This document shows positions 25,959-25,989 of a DNA stretch of 25,989 bases, one piece after another; within the stretch, counting starts at the first letter, position 1, and the number at the start of each line of letters is the position of its first letter. The DNA lies in NCBI GenBank assembly GCA_023398955.1, contig JAEWRL010000172.1:1-25989 (forward strand), written 5' to 3'. The notes beneath the pieces are model-generated. The model worked only from the letters and a program-made list of their open reading frames with translations. It was not told the origin of the DNA and searched no databases. The position numbers and the translations under genes were made by a program. This stretch comes from Pseudomonadota bacterium. GTDB lineage: Bacteria; Myxococcota_A; Polyangia; Polyangiales; Polyangiaceae.

Positions 25959-25989
25959 GCACGTCTCACAACCGCAACCACAGAAGCGC

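Noticed and set aside
1-25989. CRISPR arrays, rRNA genes, IS elements or integrases
   Set aside because: I found no regularly spaced short direct repeats with unique spacers, no rRNA-like conserved blocks, and no transposase or integrase ORFs. The only tandem repeats are the in-frame linker repeats described above.

Overview
This is a GC-rich bacterial chromosomal segment (clearly above 60% G+C by eye, with a strong third-position GC bias) in which most long ORFs in the six-frame track are antisense shadows of real genes. The gene content (a sigma-54 enhancer-binding protein, a CheB/CheR-fused hybrid kinase, many lipobox proteins, a TIGR02436-type four-helix-bundle protein, secreted glycoside hydrolases) points to a myxobacterium-like (Myxococcota) genome. 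That taxonomic call is an inference. I can support about 25 genes, listed in order. (1) An N-terminal remnant of an Rpn/YhgA-type PDDEXK nuclease. (2) A Cys-rich secreted protein. (3) An AraC-family regulator followed by two tandem GH16 licheninase-like lipoproteins with Gly-rich repeat linkers. (4) A MotA/TolQ-like plus MotB/OmpA-like stator pair of unknown function, which is the most interesting unit. (5) A convergent hipBA toxin-antitoxin module. (6) A minus-strand operon of a PTS-EIIA-domain protein followed by two CPA-family cation:proton antiporters. (7) DoxX-like and DUF1801 genes preceded by a perfect 26-bp palindrome. (8) A DUF4398-like lipoprotein plus a coiled-coil OmpA lipoprotein. 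(9) An SPFH-like protein and a pirin, apparently one operon with a sigma-54 -24/-12 promoter candidate, divergent from an XylR-type sigma-54 activator. (10) A roughly 1,380-aa CheB-CheR-PAS-histidine kinase-receiver fusion. (11) A secreted GH11 xylanase with a Gly/Ser 30-bp repeat linker and a 6-Cys module. (12) A four-helix-bundle (23S rRNA IVS-type) protein. I found no rRNA, tRNA, CRISPR array or intact mobile element.
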